Below, piece after piece: positions 17,639 to 26,533 of a stretch of 39,481 nt of DNA. Source of the DNA: Thermoplasmatota archaeon (lineage in GTDB: Archaea; Thermoplasmatota; E2; JACPAO01; JAHFTW01); contig JBFJXH010000003.1 in NCBI GenBank assembly GCA_041623215.1, forward strand, positions 1 to 39,481, in the 5' to 3' direction. The translations under genes and the position numbers were made by a program. The notes beneath the pieces are model-generated. The model saw nothing but the letters and a program-made list of their open reading frames with translations. It ran no database searches and was not told the origin of the DNA. Numbering within the stretch: the stretch's first letter is position 1; each line of letters starts with the position of its first letter.

Positions 17639-19504
17639 GTGCATCCTCGCGCCCGTGCCAACTCTTGGCTGGTTGGAGTTGCCATTACCCTCCTGGTGGG
17701 TGGCCTGCCACTGAGTGCGGAAGCAGCGACCATTGAGCGCTCCGAACCCGTGACCGTTGCGGCGCTAGCCGTCGCCCAGTTGCAGGACGGCTCCCTGGTT
17801 GGCCACGCCGCCAGCGTCCAAGCCATGGTGCTGGCCGACGGCTCAGGAGATGTGTTCGTTGACACCAAGCCGCTGGCCCAAGCCGACATGCAAGGCAGTG
17901 CCCGGCTGGCCGCCCGCGTCGCCGCGGCTACACTGGGCGTCGATTGGCGCCAGTACGATTTTCTTGTCACGTTTCGAAGCGAATCGGCCGTCGTGGGCGG
18001 CCCCAGCGCGGGGGCGGTCATGGCACTCGCCATGACGGTCGCTTTGCACAATCTGGTCGAACCGGACGACTTGTGGCGCGTGGACGATCGGGTGGCAGCC
18101 ACGGGCACCATCAACCCCGATGGTACCATTGGCCCCGTGGGGGGCATTCCCCAGAAGGCACAAGGGGCGGCTGATGCCGGCATCTTACGCATATTCTACC
18201 CGGCTGGACAAGACCAATTTCGCGCCGCCGACAGCCGCGGGCGCGTTAGTACCTACACAATGGACACGCACTGCGACAACCTCGGCATCACCTGCGGTCC
18301 CGCAGCAACGCTGCACGATCTTCTGGAAGGCGCAACGGGCATCGCCCTGCAACGGCCGGATGCACCGGTCCCTGACACCAGTCGCTACGTTGACCTCCTG
18401 GTGCCATCCGTGCCTGACCAAGTGGCCGCCTTGCAGGCACGCATTGATGCTGCCACCGCGGCCACCGATGCCGTGGACCGTGGAAGCAGCGCCACGGCGC
18501 GCGAACGCCAAGTGGCACTCGAAACCGCTCACGATCGACTCCGGGCCGCCCGGGCCTTCGTGGAAAATGCCACGTATTACTCGGGGGCGACCATGGCGTT
18601 TCAGGGCGGCATTTGGATTGGCTACGTGGAACGACTTGATGCCATGCAGGATGCCGAGAACGCAGCCGCCACCATCGAAGCGTCCGTTGACGCCTGCTGG
18701 GACGCCGCCTCTGCAGCTGCGGCCTTTGCTGGCGGGCTCACCACGCGCAACCTTGGCGACCTGTACGCGCACGGGTCGGCGCAAGAACGGGCCCGCGGAG
18801 CGCTTGATTTGGCCGCGCAAGCGCAAGCAAGCTTGGATCGTGCCCGCAGCATCGAAGACTGGCACCAAGCTCTCTTTCAGGCTAGTTTCTGCCTCGAACG
18901 CGTTGACACCGTGACCTGGTGGGCAGGCCTTGCTTCGCCAGGCCCTGTCGTGGACGTGGGCGTGCTCGTCGCCGATGCTCTGGGCCAGGCAACCCAGCTT
19001 GTCGGCTATGCGCAAGCCGTGGTGGGAGCAGTTCCAGATGCCGCGGCCAGCCTGCAAGCGGCGCAGGCTGCTGCCGATGCTGACCGATTCCCCGAGGCCA
19101 TTTTTGCTGCCGTCGCAGCCCAAGCCCAGGCCAGCATTGCCGTACAAACTGCCAGCGCCGGCTTGGCGCCCAGCGTTCTTGATGCCTCGCGCCAAGGCGC
19201 CGCCGACGCGGTTGCACGAGCCCGTGCCCAAGGCGTCGAGCCGGTGCCCAGCGTGAGCATGATTGAATTGGCGGAAGGTCTGGAGCCTTTGGACGCGTTG
19301 GAGAATTATTGGACGGCAAGGGGACTCGCCCTCTTGGCCGACGGGGGAGTTAGCCCGGCGTCCGATTCGCCGACGGCTTGGGACCGGGTCTCGGCGACGC
19401 CCTCCGATGAAGTGGCGCGCCTGTACCTGATTGTCGGGGGACTTCTGGGCCTAGCGGCTGGCGTGGCGGTGGCCTCCCTAGGCCTACTGGCGCTGAGGCC
19501 TTGA
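17639..19504 (+). CDS. Secreted, membrane-anchored Lon-like S16 serine protease
   Basis: Signal peptide; GGPSAG (Ser) and TGTINPDGTIGPVGGIPQKA (Lys); Ala-rich helical region; C-terminal TM helix. Confidence 0.88.
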   Translation: MHPRARANSWLVGVAITLLVGGLPLSAEAATIERSEPVTVAALAVAQLQDGSLVGHAASVQAMVLADGSGDVFVDTKPLAQADMQGSARLAARVAAATLGVDWRQYDFLVTFRSESAVVGGPSAGAVMALAMTVALHNLVEPDDLWRVDDRVAATGTINPDGTIGPVGGIPQKAQGAADAGILRIFYPAGQDQFRAADSRGRVSTYTMDTHCDNLGITCGPAATLHDLLEGATGIALQRPDAPVPDTSRYVDLLVPSVPDQVAALQARIDAATAATDAVDRGSSATARERQVALETAHDRLRAARAFVENATYYSGATMAFQGGIWIGYVERLDAMQDAENAAATIEASVDACWDAASAAAAFAGGLTTRNLGDLYAHGSAQERARGALDLAAQAQASLDRARSIEDWHQALFQASFCLERVDTVTWWAGLASPGPVVDVGVLVADALGQATQLVGYAQAVVGAVPDAAASLQAAQAAADADRFPEAIFAAVAAQAQASIAVQTASAGLAPSVLDASRQGAADAVARARAQGVEPVPSVSMIELAEGLEPLDALENYWTARGLALLADGGVSPASDSPTAWDRVSATPSDEVARLYLIVGGLLGLAAGVAVASLGLLALRP

Positions 19505-19606
19505 GGCCAAGGGCCGGCGCGGCCAAATCCGATACGTCCGCCCCGACGCCCCTTCATAGCTAAACTCCAGAGTCACTAGTGTGCTGGCGGCACGCGGGGG
19601 GCTTCC

Positions 19607-21499
19607 TTGGCCCTGACATTGACGGGCCGAACGACGGCCATTCTGGCCGGGGCCTTGGCAGTCTCCCTATCCGTTTCACTCGCCAGCGCAGCCTTCCTGA
19701 TGGAGCAAAGCAACAATGACGCCGACCATCGCATCGCGGTGATTGACGCAGGAACGGTTGAGCAGGCCATTCAGGGTGACTTGGACGCGCTGGCTTGGAC
19801 GACCCGGGAAATGGCGTCAGTCTCGACGGTCCTGTTCGCTGGCACCGACCAAGCCCCCCAGGGTGGCGGCGCGGCCCAAGGCATGAGCCTCGTCGAACAG
19901 GTGGGGGCCTCTCTCACGTCAACCAATGGCGTCGAGAGCGTGTACTTTGTCTGGCCCGACGGAACGGTGATGGGGTGGCGACTGGATGACGAGACGGGCA
20001 GGTTCGTCAACGAAAGCTTGCTGCACCGCGCCGAAGTTGCCGCCATTGATTGGTCAGGTCTTGGCGCCTTCCAGCTAGGAAAACAAATCTTGGTTGGCCA
20101 GGAAGGACCCGTCATGCTGGGCGCCTATCGGCTCTCGTTCGGAAACGACGCGTCGGCGCCTGTGCTTGTTGCGGCCCGCCCCATGGGCACCGCCTACATT
20201 GAGGCCATGGAGGGTCATCTCGATCGCGAAATTCGGTTAGCGGCAGCGCCCGTCAACCGCGAACCGGGTCTGCAAGTGGCCCAGGTTGATGCACGGCAAG
20301 CTGCATCTTTCACCATGGCCGGCGCTCCGGGAACACCGGACTTGCTTGTCACGGTCCATGGCGAGCGAACCGCCTTCATCCAGGGCGAAGCCGCTATTCG
20401 CCTGCTTGTTACGCTCGGTTTGGTCACAACCATCACGGCCGTGGCAGTCGCCGCCTTTTGGGTCCGAGCCACCGTCACCGGCCGCGTGCGGCGCCTAGCG
20501 GAAACCGTCCAGACCGTCAGGCACCAAGACGACCTAACCACGCGCATCAACATGCGCGGAACGGACGAGGTTGCCGGCTTGGCTGGAGCGTTCGACGACC
20601 TCCTCGCGGAGCTGGAGACGGGTCGTCGTAGGCTCAAGGAACGCAATGCTGCCCTTGGTCGTTTTGCCGCCGTAGCGAGCCACGACCTTCGCAGCCCCTT
20701 GTCCACGCTTCGACTCAACTTAGACATCATGGCGAGAACCCTGCCGGATGACGTGCGACAACAGGAGCGAGTGGCGCGCATGGCCCGTAGCATCGACCGC
20801 ATGGACCAGCGCATCGGCGAACTGCTGAGCGATTCGGGCGAGAACCGTCCTGGTGGCGAGGCATGGCGCCAGCAAGTGGACCTCGACGAACTTGTCCAGG
20901 GCGTCTTGCAGGATATCCAGGGCCGGCTGCACGGCGCCAAGGGGAGGGTCCGTGTAGCGCATCTACCCACCATTCAAGGTCACCCTGGGCACTTGGAGCG
21001 ACTGTTCCAGAACCTGCTTGACAACGCCATCAAGTACGCGCGCCCTGGCATCTCACCTCGCATTCAAATCTGGGCCATTCGCCGGAACCAAACCTGGAGC
21101 TTAGCCATTGATGACAACGGCCGAGGCTTTGCCCAGGACGACGCGGCGGGCCTTTTCATCGAAGGCCACCGGCTTGATGATTCCGAGGATCAAGAAGGTC
21201 GCGGCATTGGCCTAGCGGCATGCAAGCGTATCGCCGAGCGGCACGGCGGATCCATTCGGGCCTTCGGCAAGCCCGGCGCCGGGGCCCGCTTTGTTGTCTC
21301 GCTTCCCGTTAGTTGCGAAGAGTCGGAGCCACCAGCAGTGGCTTGCAGCACGACGGCGGCTGCTGCTGTGGAGCCGCCACCTGCCAGGGCAAGGCGGTGG
21401 GGTGGCCGGGCGCGCCGCCGCGCACGGCGGCGCCCAAGCCGCATTGCCAAGGACGTAGCGGCAGCAGCCCTAGCGGACCCTCGGCGCCCCCAACCTTGA
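19607..21499 (+). CDS. Membrane sensor histidine kinase (extracellular sensor, HAMP, HisKA, HATPase)
   Basis: Two TM helices; HAMP (DEVAGLAGAFD); H-box SHDLRSPL; N-box NLLDNAIKY; DDNGRG; GRGIGLA. Confidence 0.92.
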   Translation: MALTLTGRTTAILAGALAVSLSVSLASAAFLMEQSNNDADHRIAVIDAGTVEQAIQGDLDALAWTTREMASVSTVLFAGTDQAPQGGGAAQGMSLVEQVGASLTSTNGVESVYFVWPDGTVMGWRLDDETGRFVNESLLHRAEVAAIDWSGLGAFQLGKQILVGQEGPVMLGAYRLSFGNDASAPVLVAARPMGTAYIEAMEGHLDREIRLAAAPVNREPGLQVAQVDARQAASFTMAGAPGTPDLLVTVHGERTAFIQGEAAIRLLVTLGLVTTITAVAVAAFWVRATVTGRVRRLAETVQTVRHQDDLTTRINMRGTDEVAGLAGAFDDLLAELETGRRRLKERNAALGRFAAVASHDLRSPLSTLRLNLDIMARTLPDDVRQQERVARMARSIDRMDQRIGELLSDSGENRPGGEAWRQQVDLDELVQGVLQDIQGRLHGAKGRVRVAHLPTIQGHPGHLERLFQNLLDNAIKYARPGISPRIQIWAIRRNQTWSLAIDDNGRGFAQDDAAGLFIEGHRLDDSEDQEGRGIGLAACKRIAERHGGSIRAFGKPGAGARFVVSLPVSCEESEPPAVACSTTAAAAVEPPPARARRWGGRARRRARRRPSRIAKDVAAAALADPRRPQP

Positions 21500-21524
21500 A
21501 GCCAGCCTGCCGAGTGGCCTCGCC

Positions 21525-22841
21525 ATGGCTCAGGCGGCAACGCGCCACCAAACCCACCTCCAGATTGCCCTCGATGAGGTGAATCTGGACCGCGCCCTTG
21601 GCTACGCCCGCGAAGCGGTGGCTGGTGGCGCCACCTGGCTGGAAGCCGGCACGCCGCTCATTAAAGCGGAAGGCCTTGACGCGGTTCGACGTCTCAAGCA
21701 GGAGTTTCCCGACTGCACGATTGTCGCCGACATGAAGACAATGGATACGGGGGCCTTCGAGACCGAGATTGCGGCCAAGGCGGGTGCCGACGTAGTAGGC
21801 ATCCTCGGCGCTGCCAGTGACGAAACATTTGAGGACGCGGTGAAGGCAGCCCGCAAGTACGGTGCCAAGGTCTACATGGACCTCATCAGCGTCGCCGACA
21901 AGGTGGCGCGCGCCAAGGACGCGGAACGGCTGGGCTGTGACTACGTCTGCCTCCACATGGGCATTGACGACCAAATGGTCGGGGCAAGTCCCTTGGACAT
22001 CCTCAAAGAAGTGGCTGACGCCGTCAACATCCCCATCATGGTTGCCGGCGGCCTCAATACCGAGACTGCGGGCCCCTGCATCTCGGCGGGTGCCAGCATC
22101 GTCATCGTGGGCGGGGCCCTGACCAAGGCTCCTGATCTGCAAGCGGAAGCGGCCAAGCTGGTCACAGCGATTCGCGACGAATCCGTCATCGCGGCCGAGC
22201 ACTTCAAACGCTACTCCAAAGACCACCTCAGGGAGGCGTTTGAACAATGCTCAACGAGTAACATCAGCGATGCCATGCACCGCAAAGGCGCCATGGATGC
22301 CGGCATTCTTGCCCGCCAAACGGGCGCCCGCATCGCAGGCCAAGCGGTTACTGTATTCACGGCCGACGGCGACTGGGCCAAGACCGTCGAAGCCATCGAT
22401 GTAGCCGAGGCAGGTCAGGTCATCGTCATCGACCAACGCGGCGGCAAGACGGCCATGTGGGGTGAATTAGCAAGCGAATCATGCAAGCTGAAGGGCATCG
22501 CGGGCATGGTCACCGATGGAGCCGTCCGCGACATTGACGACATCCGTGACATGGAATTTCCCCTGTGGAGTCGCTGGATTGTACCCAACGCCGGCGAACC
22601 CAAAGGCCACGGACAAATTGGCCTCGAAATCACGTGCGGTGGCCAAACGGTACGCTCGGGCGACTGGATTATCGCCGATGACATGGGCGTCGTCGTCGTG
22701 CCGCAGGAGGACGCACAAGAGGTGGCCAACCGAAGCCTCGAAGTGAAAGAGAAGGAGAATCGCCTGCGGGAAGAGATTCGCCGGGGCAAGACCTTGTCCA
22801 GCGTTCTGGAACTGAAGAAGTGGGAACAAGTCGTGGGATAG
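21525..22841 (+). CDS. hps: 3-hexulose-6-phosphate synthase fused to an RraA/MenG-like domain
   Basis: LQIALD, LEAGTPLIK and ADMKTMDTG; C-terminal NISDAM...WGEL...DGAVRD...GDWIIADDMGVVVVP. Confidence 0.9.
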   Translation: MAQAATRHQTHLQIALDEVNLDRALGYAREAVAGGATWLEAGTPLIKAEGLDAVRRLKQEFPDCTIVADMKTMDTGAFETEIAAKAGADVVGILGAASDETFEDAVKAARKYGAKVYMDLISVADKVARAKDAERLGCDYVCLHMGIDDQMVGASPLDILKEVADAVNIPIMVAGGLNTETAGPCISAGASIVIVGGALTKAPDLQAEAAKLVTAIRDESVIAAEHFKRYSKDHLREAFEQCSTSNISDAMHRKGAMDAGILARQTGARIAGQAVTVFTADGDWAKTVEAIDVAEAGQVIVIDQRGGKTAMWGELASESCKLKGIAGMVTDGAVRDIDDIRDMEFPLWSRWIVPNAGEPKGHGQIGLEITCGGQTVRSGDWIIADDMGVVVVPQEDAQEVANRSLEVKEKENRLREEIRRGKTLSSVLELKKWEQVVG

Positions 22842-22896
22842 GCCACGCAGATCTCGAGGTATTCCCGATGGCACCCGCCTGGGCGGCCTCAGCCGT

Positions 22897-23790
22897 CTAT
22901 TCCATCTTCACTTGGTAGCCGCCCGTCTCCGTTTGCTCGGTGGCAAAACCTAGGTCTTCAAGGACGCGGTGTAACGGGCGGGTCTTGGCAAAGCCGTGGT
23001 TTTCGCGGCGGACGCCCTCTTCGCCAAGAATACTGCCAACGCGGTTGGCGCTGACCCATCCGCGCTGGTGGTCACCTCGCTTCATCAACGCATCAATGGC
23101 CCGGCGTACATGCCGCCGGTACGCGTTTCGCAAATCCTCGATTTGCTTGTCCGACAGGCCAATTGGCGCTTGCGCGCCGCGGCGGCCCACTGCTACCCGG
23201 GCGGTCGTTGCGCCCTTGCTGGCGTCGCGCTTTTGGGCAGGCGTTTTCGCGGCGGACGAGGCGGGCTCCTTGGCGGCGTTGTCGGCGCCTCCGCGCTTGC
23301 GCCTGCCGCGGCCGACGCGCGGCTTGCTTGCTGCCGGTGCGGCGTCCGTGCTCGTCGCGGACCGGCTGGCCGGGCGACGGCTGCGCCGGGTCTTGCTGGC
23401 CGCGCCGTCCGCTGCCAGTTCCGTGGGCTGCACTTGCTCTACATGGCAATCGGCCCTCCGAAGGCGCTCAACCACGGGCGTGAAGTCGGAGTCCCCCGTG
23501 ACGAGGCAGAAGGCGCGGATGCCGCGTTCATGCAGCAAATCCATGGCGGTGACGGCGAGTTCGATGTCGGCGGCGTTCTTGCCAGTCGCGACGGGGTCAC
23601 GCTGGTACAATCGGAAACCATGGTCGGCGGCGAAGGCACGCCACTCCTTCTGATCCTTGGTGCTCCGCCAGTTGCGGACGATGACGCGCTCACTGACCTG
23701 CCACTTGCGCTGCAGGCGCTTGATGAGTGCTGGCAAGCCCCCCGGCGGCAATTGATCGCCGTCCACGAGGATTGCTAAGTCGTCCTTCAT
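22897..23790 (-). CDS. NYN (LabA/DUF88, PIN-like) domain protein with probable C-terminal OST-HTH/LOTUS
   Basis: LVDGDQ, KNAADIELA and VTGDSDFTP motifs; basic linker; GWVSANRVGSIL...HGF. ATG 23790 overlaps the panE stop (ATGA). Confidence 0.82.
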   Translation of the reverse strand: MKDDLAILVDGDQLPPGGLPALIKRLQRKWQVSERVIVRNWRSTKDQKEWRAFAADHGFRLYQRDPVATGKNAADIELAVTAMDLLHERGIRAFCLVTGDSDFTPVVERLRRADCHVEQVQPTELAADGAASKTRRSRRPASRSATSTDAAPAASKPRVGRGRRKRGGADNAAKEPASSAAKTPAQKRDASKGATTARVAVGRRGAQAPIGLSDKQIEDLRNAYRRHVRRAIDALMKRGDHQRGWVSANRVGSILGEEGVRRENHGFAKTRPLHRVLEDLGFATEQTETGGYQVKME

Positions 23791-24827
23791 GGCGTTGACA
23801 CTAAGAGGGGAGCTGAAGGCGTTGCCGACGCGCCAGCCAGCATGGATTCCACGGTTTGCGGACCTGGCGCGACCTCCATGCATTCGATAGCGTGCACCGT
23901 TGCAACGACCGCGCGGTTCACGGGCGTGGCAACGCCTTGCTCGCTGCCATAGCGCGCTATGACGCCGTTGAGGTAGTCCACTTCTGTGGATTCGCCGCGA
24001 GCCAGGGACTGGGCGCTGCTCGACTGGTAGTCGCCGTATTTCTTGGCCAAGGCCTGGAGGACCACCTGGGCCACGGGACCTGGGAGGCCCGCCAGCAGCT
24101 TGGGTTTGGCATTGCCGACCGTGACAGGCTCGATGCCAAGCGCCTTCATGACTTCGAGGCCTTCGCGGATGACGGCAAGAAACGCCTTGCGAGTGGGCCC
24201 GTGCGCCATCATGTCCCGCATGGTGCCGCCGTGCACGACGCCGAGGCTGGTCATGGCGCTGTTGAGGATGAGCTTGGTCCATTTGACGGCGCGCATGTCG
24301 TCATGGGTGTCGGTTGGAACCACGGCAGACAAAACGTGGGCAACATGTTTGTGATGGGGGCTTGGCGCGCCGCGCGGCCACGGGCCGAGCAGGTTGTGCC
24401 CGTCGGCGGTCATATGACTGTGGCCCGGTTCCAGCAACGTAGCAGGCCAGTAGACGCTGCACTCTACGAAGCGGTCGCCGGCCACTTGCCGAAGCGCGTC
24501 GCCCATCAAGCCGTTTTGGAAGGGAACCACGACGCCGTCGTGCGCCAGGGCGGGCATCCAGTGCTCCAACACGGCGGGCGCCACGCTGCACTTCGTGGTG
24601 TGGATGATGATGTCGAACGGGTCTAGGCCATCTGGCACATGGGCTGTGGGAATGCCCACGTGGCGGATGCTCCCGTCGGGGGCCGTGTAGCGGACGCGGT
24701 TGCGTTCCAGCCAGGCGGATTTTTTGGCATCGCGTACGCCCAGAACGACGTCGTGTTCTGCATCATGCAGGCGGATGGCGGTGGGGATGCCAAGGGCGCC
24801 GGGGCCAATCACCAGGATGCGGGCCAT
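23787..24827 (-). CDS. panE: 2-dehydropantoate 2-reductase family protein
   Basis: IGPGALG, FQNG, KWTKLILN and SSSAQSLARGESTEVDYLNG motifs. Confidence 0.88.
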   Translation of the reverse strand: MARILVIGPGALGIPTAIRLHDAEHDVVLGVRDAKKSAWLERNRVRYTAPDGSIRHVGIPTAHVPDGLDPFDIIIHTTKCSVAPAVLEHWMPALAHDGVVVPFQNGLMGDALRQVAGDRFVECSVYWPATLLEPGHSHMTADGHNLLGPWPRGAPSPHHKHVAHVLSAVVPTDTHDDMRAVKWTKLILNSAMTSLGVVHGGTMRDMMAHGPTRKAFLAVIREGLEVMKALGIEPVTVGNAKPKLLAGLPGPVAQVVLQALAKKYGDYQSSSAQSLARGESTEVDYLNGVIARYGSEQGVATPVNRAVVATVHAIECMEVAPGPQTVESMLAGASATPSAPLLVSTP

Positions 24828-24913
24828 GACATGGGACGCGCGGCCAAGCAGAAAAACGCCGCGCCGCCAGTAACCGTAGTCCCTATACGCGTCGGCCCGC
24901 GTGGCCGCTCCAG

Positions 24914-25591
24914 GTGGATTCGTTGAAGCACACCAAGATTACCCTAGTAGCAACCGGTCTCGTGGCAGCACTGCTTGTCGCGAACCTCCTTTTGGCCAGC
25001 CCGCTGGCGAACGCCGGCGGCGGCAACAACAACGCGGCCAACAAGACCCACATCGACGGCAGCACGGTTGAGTTCTTGCACGCTGATTTGATGGACGGTG
25101 GCGATGAAGGGGTCACGATTCTGTCCACCACCATGAAGCTCAGCGACCCCAAGGACCTCCTGCTGAGTGTCACCCTCGAATGTGCCTTGTGGACGATGGT
25201 CACCAGCAGCACCTACGACGAAGCCTTCCAACCCACCAGCGAGGCCCGGGCGGCCATCCACGTGTGGATTGAGATTGACGGTAAAGAAGTCGGCATTGGC
25301 GGCGACGATGGCCGCATCACGTTCTGCGACCGGGTGCACCGTCAAACCGTGTACGAGGACCCCGAGGACGACGAATACAACAACGTCACCATGGAGCAAT
25401 ACCTGGCCACCAAGAACGCCAACGCCTTCACCTGGCACAGCATCAGCCCCAGCGCCGGTGCCGGAGCACCCATCACCATCGAAGTGAAGGCCGACGTGGA
25501 AGCGTACGTGAGCCCCGAAGGCGGCGGCGGCATGATGGCCGAAGGCGCCGTTGGCAAGCGCACCTTGACAGTCGAAGTCGTCGACTTGTAA
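24914..25591 (+). CDS. Secreted hypothetical protein, acidic and beta-rich
   Basis: Signal peptide ending ANA; strongly C-ending codons; pyrimidine tract after the stop. Confidence 0.8.
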   Translation: MDSLKHTKITLVATGLVAALLVANLLLASPLANAGGGNNNAANKTHIDGSTVEFLHADLMDGGDEGVTILSTTMKLSDPKDLLLSVTLECALWTMVTSSTYDEAFQPTSEARAAIHVWIEIDGKEVGIGGDDGRITFCDRVHRQTVYEDPEDDEYNNVTMEQYLATKNANAFTWHSISPSAGAGAPITIEVKADVEAYVSPEGGGGMMAEGAVGKRTLTVEVVDL

Positions 25592-25603
25592 GCCGGCAAG
25601 GCA

Positions 25604-25621
25604 TCTCTTTCTCTTTTCCCT
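25604..25621 (+). terminator. Pyrimidine-tract terminator
   Basis: TCTCTTTCTCTTTTCCCT 13 bp after the stop at 25591. Confidence 0.5.
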
Positions 25622-25712
25622 ACCTTGAGGAACTGGCTTCTCAAGCCAGCCATGTCGAGCTGCCACGACGGCAGTTGCCCCTCCGGGCCGAAACGTTTTG
25701 GTTTCCCGCGTT

Positions 25713-25738
25713 GGAAGAAGGAGAGGAAGAGGAAGAGG
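25713..25738 (-). terminator. Pyrimidine-tract terminator of the pilin gene
   Basis: CCTCTTCCTCTTCCTCTCCTTCTTCC on the minus strand, about 28 bp after the pilin stop. Confidence 0.4.
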
Positions 25739-25765
25739 TCCGTAGGTGCGGGATCAGAGGACTGC

Positions 25766-26161
25766 TCAGATATCGTCGCGGTACAGCAGCGTGTCGGTTG
25801 CCGTGTGGACGATGCTCACGGAACCATCCGCTGCGCAGTCCCAGTAATCACCGGCTGCTAGGTTGCCGGTTGTCTTGTTGGTGCCACCTGCGTCTTTCAG
25901 TTGACAGGTGCCGCCGGTGGCGGTCACGTCACTGACCGCAATGGGTCCGTTGCTGATTTTGACGATACGGATATCGCCGCCAGCGCCGGATTTGTCGGTT
26001 TGGAAACTAGCCTTGGGTTGGTCTTGGGTGTCTCCACCCATATCGCTTACGAGCACGAAGACCACGGCTGCCAGCACCACGGTGATGGCGACCATCAGGA
26101 TCACCCCAATCACGGGGGATACAGCTTCTTCGTCCTTGCGGATGGTTCGTTGTTTTTGCAT
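25766..26161 (-). CDS. pilA: Archaeal type IV pilin, probable major pilin (Pilin_N/DUF1628)
   Basis: Class III signal RKDEEA|VSPVIGVILMVAITVVLAAVV; GGAGGT SD upstream of ATG 26161; two Cys. Confidence 0.92.
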   Translation of the reverse strand: MQKQRTIRKDEEAVSPVIGVILMVAITVVLAAVVFVLVSDMGGDTQDQPKASFQTDKSGAGGDIRIVKISNGPIAVSDVTATGGTCQLKDAGGTNKTTGNLAAGDYWDCAADGSVSIVHTATDTLLYRDDI

Positions 26162-26225
26162 CTTGGACCTCCTGGTCAACTATGGTTTGGCGGCCACCGG
26201 TATGGGCGTGTCGGCCGCGGAACTT

Positions 26226-26253
26226 GGGGAAAAGGGGACAAGGGGACACGGGG
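26226..26253 (+). repeat. 8-bp-period G4 repeat, candidate G-quadruplex or operator
   Basis: GGGGAAAA GGGGACAA GGGGACAC GGGG. Confidence 0.75.
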
Positions 26254-26533
26254 TTTGGTCCCATTGACGGGCATGGGGGAAGGGTCGGCTTGCGCGTGGC
26301 CTGGGTGGCCCGTGGGCTCGCCTTGTGCGACGGGGCACGGTAGCACGGTGCCATGCGCAGCCGCAAAGCGGTAGGCGGTAGGGCAGCGGTGCTTGGCGCG
26401 CCCAGGGGTGGCCTCCTCGGGTTTAGGGCCGAGAGACCGGTCGTCGGCGGGCTGGCCCATTGCTGCGGTTTGGCCTGCAACAGACACGTCCGGCTGGGCC
26501 TGGCGAAGGGCCTCAAGGGCCTCCGCTTGACTA

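Noticed and set aside
15125-19231. Long antisense ORFs (e.g. 15125-16291, 18185-19231)
   Set aside because: Shadow frames of well-supported genes, expected in GC-rich DNA.
19581-19606. Possible frameshift or phase variation at a G6 run before the kinase
   Set aside because: An upstream out-of-frame GTG would add only ~9 aa. TTG 19607 already yields a complete first TM helix and the run is short.
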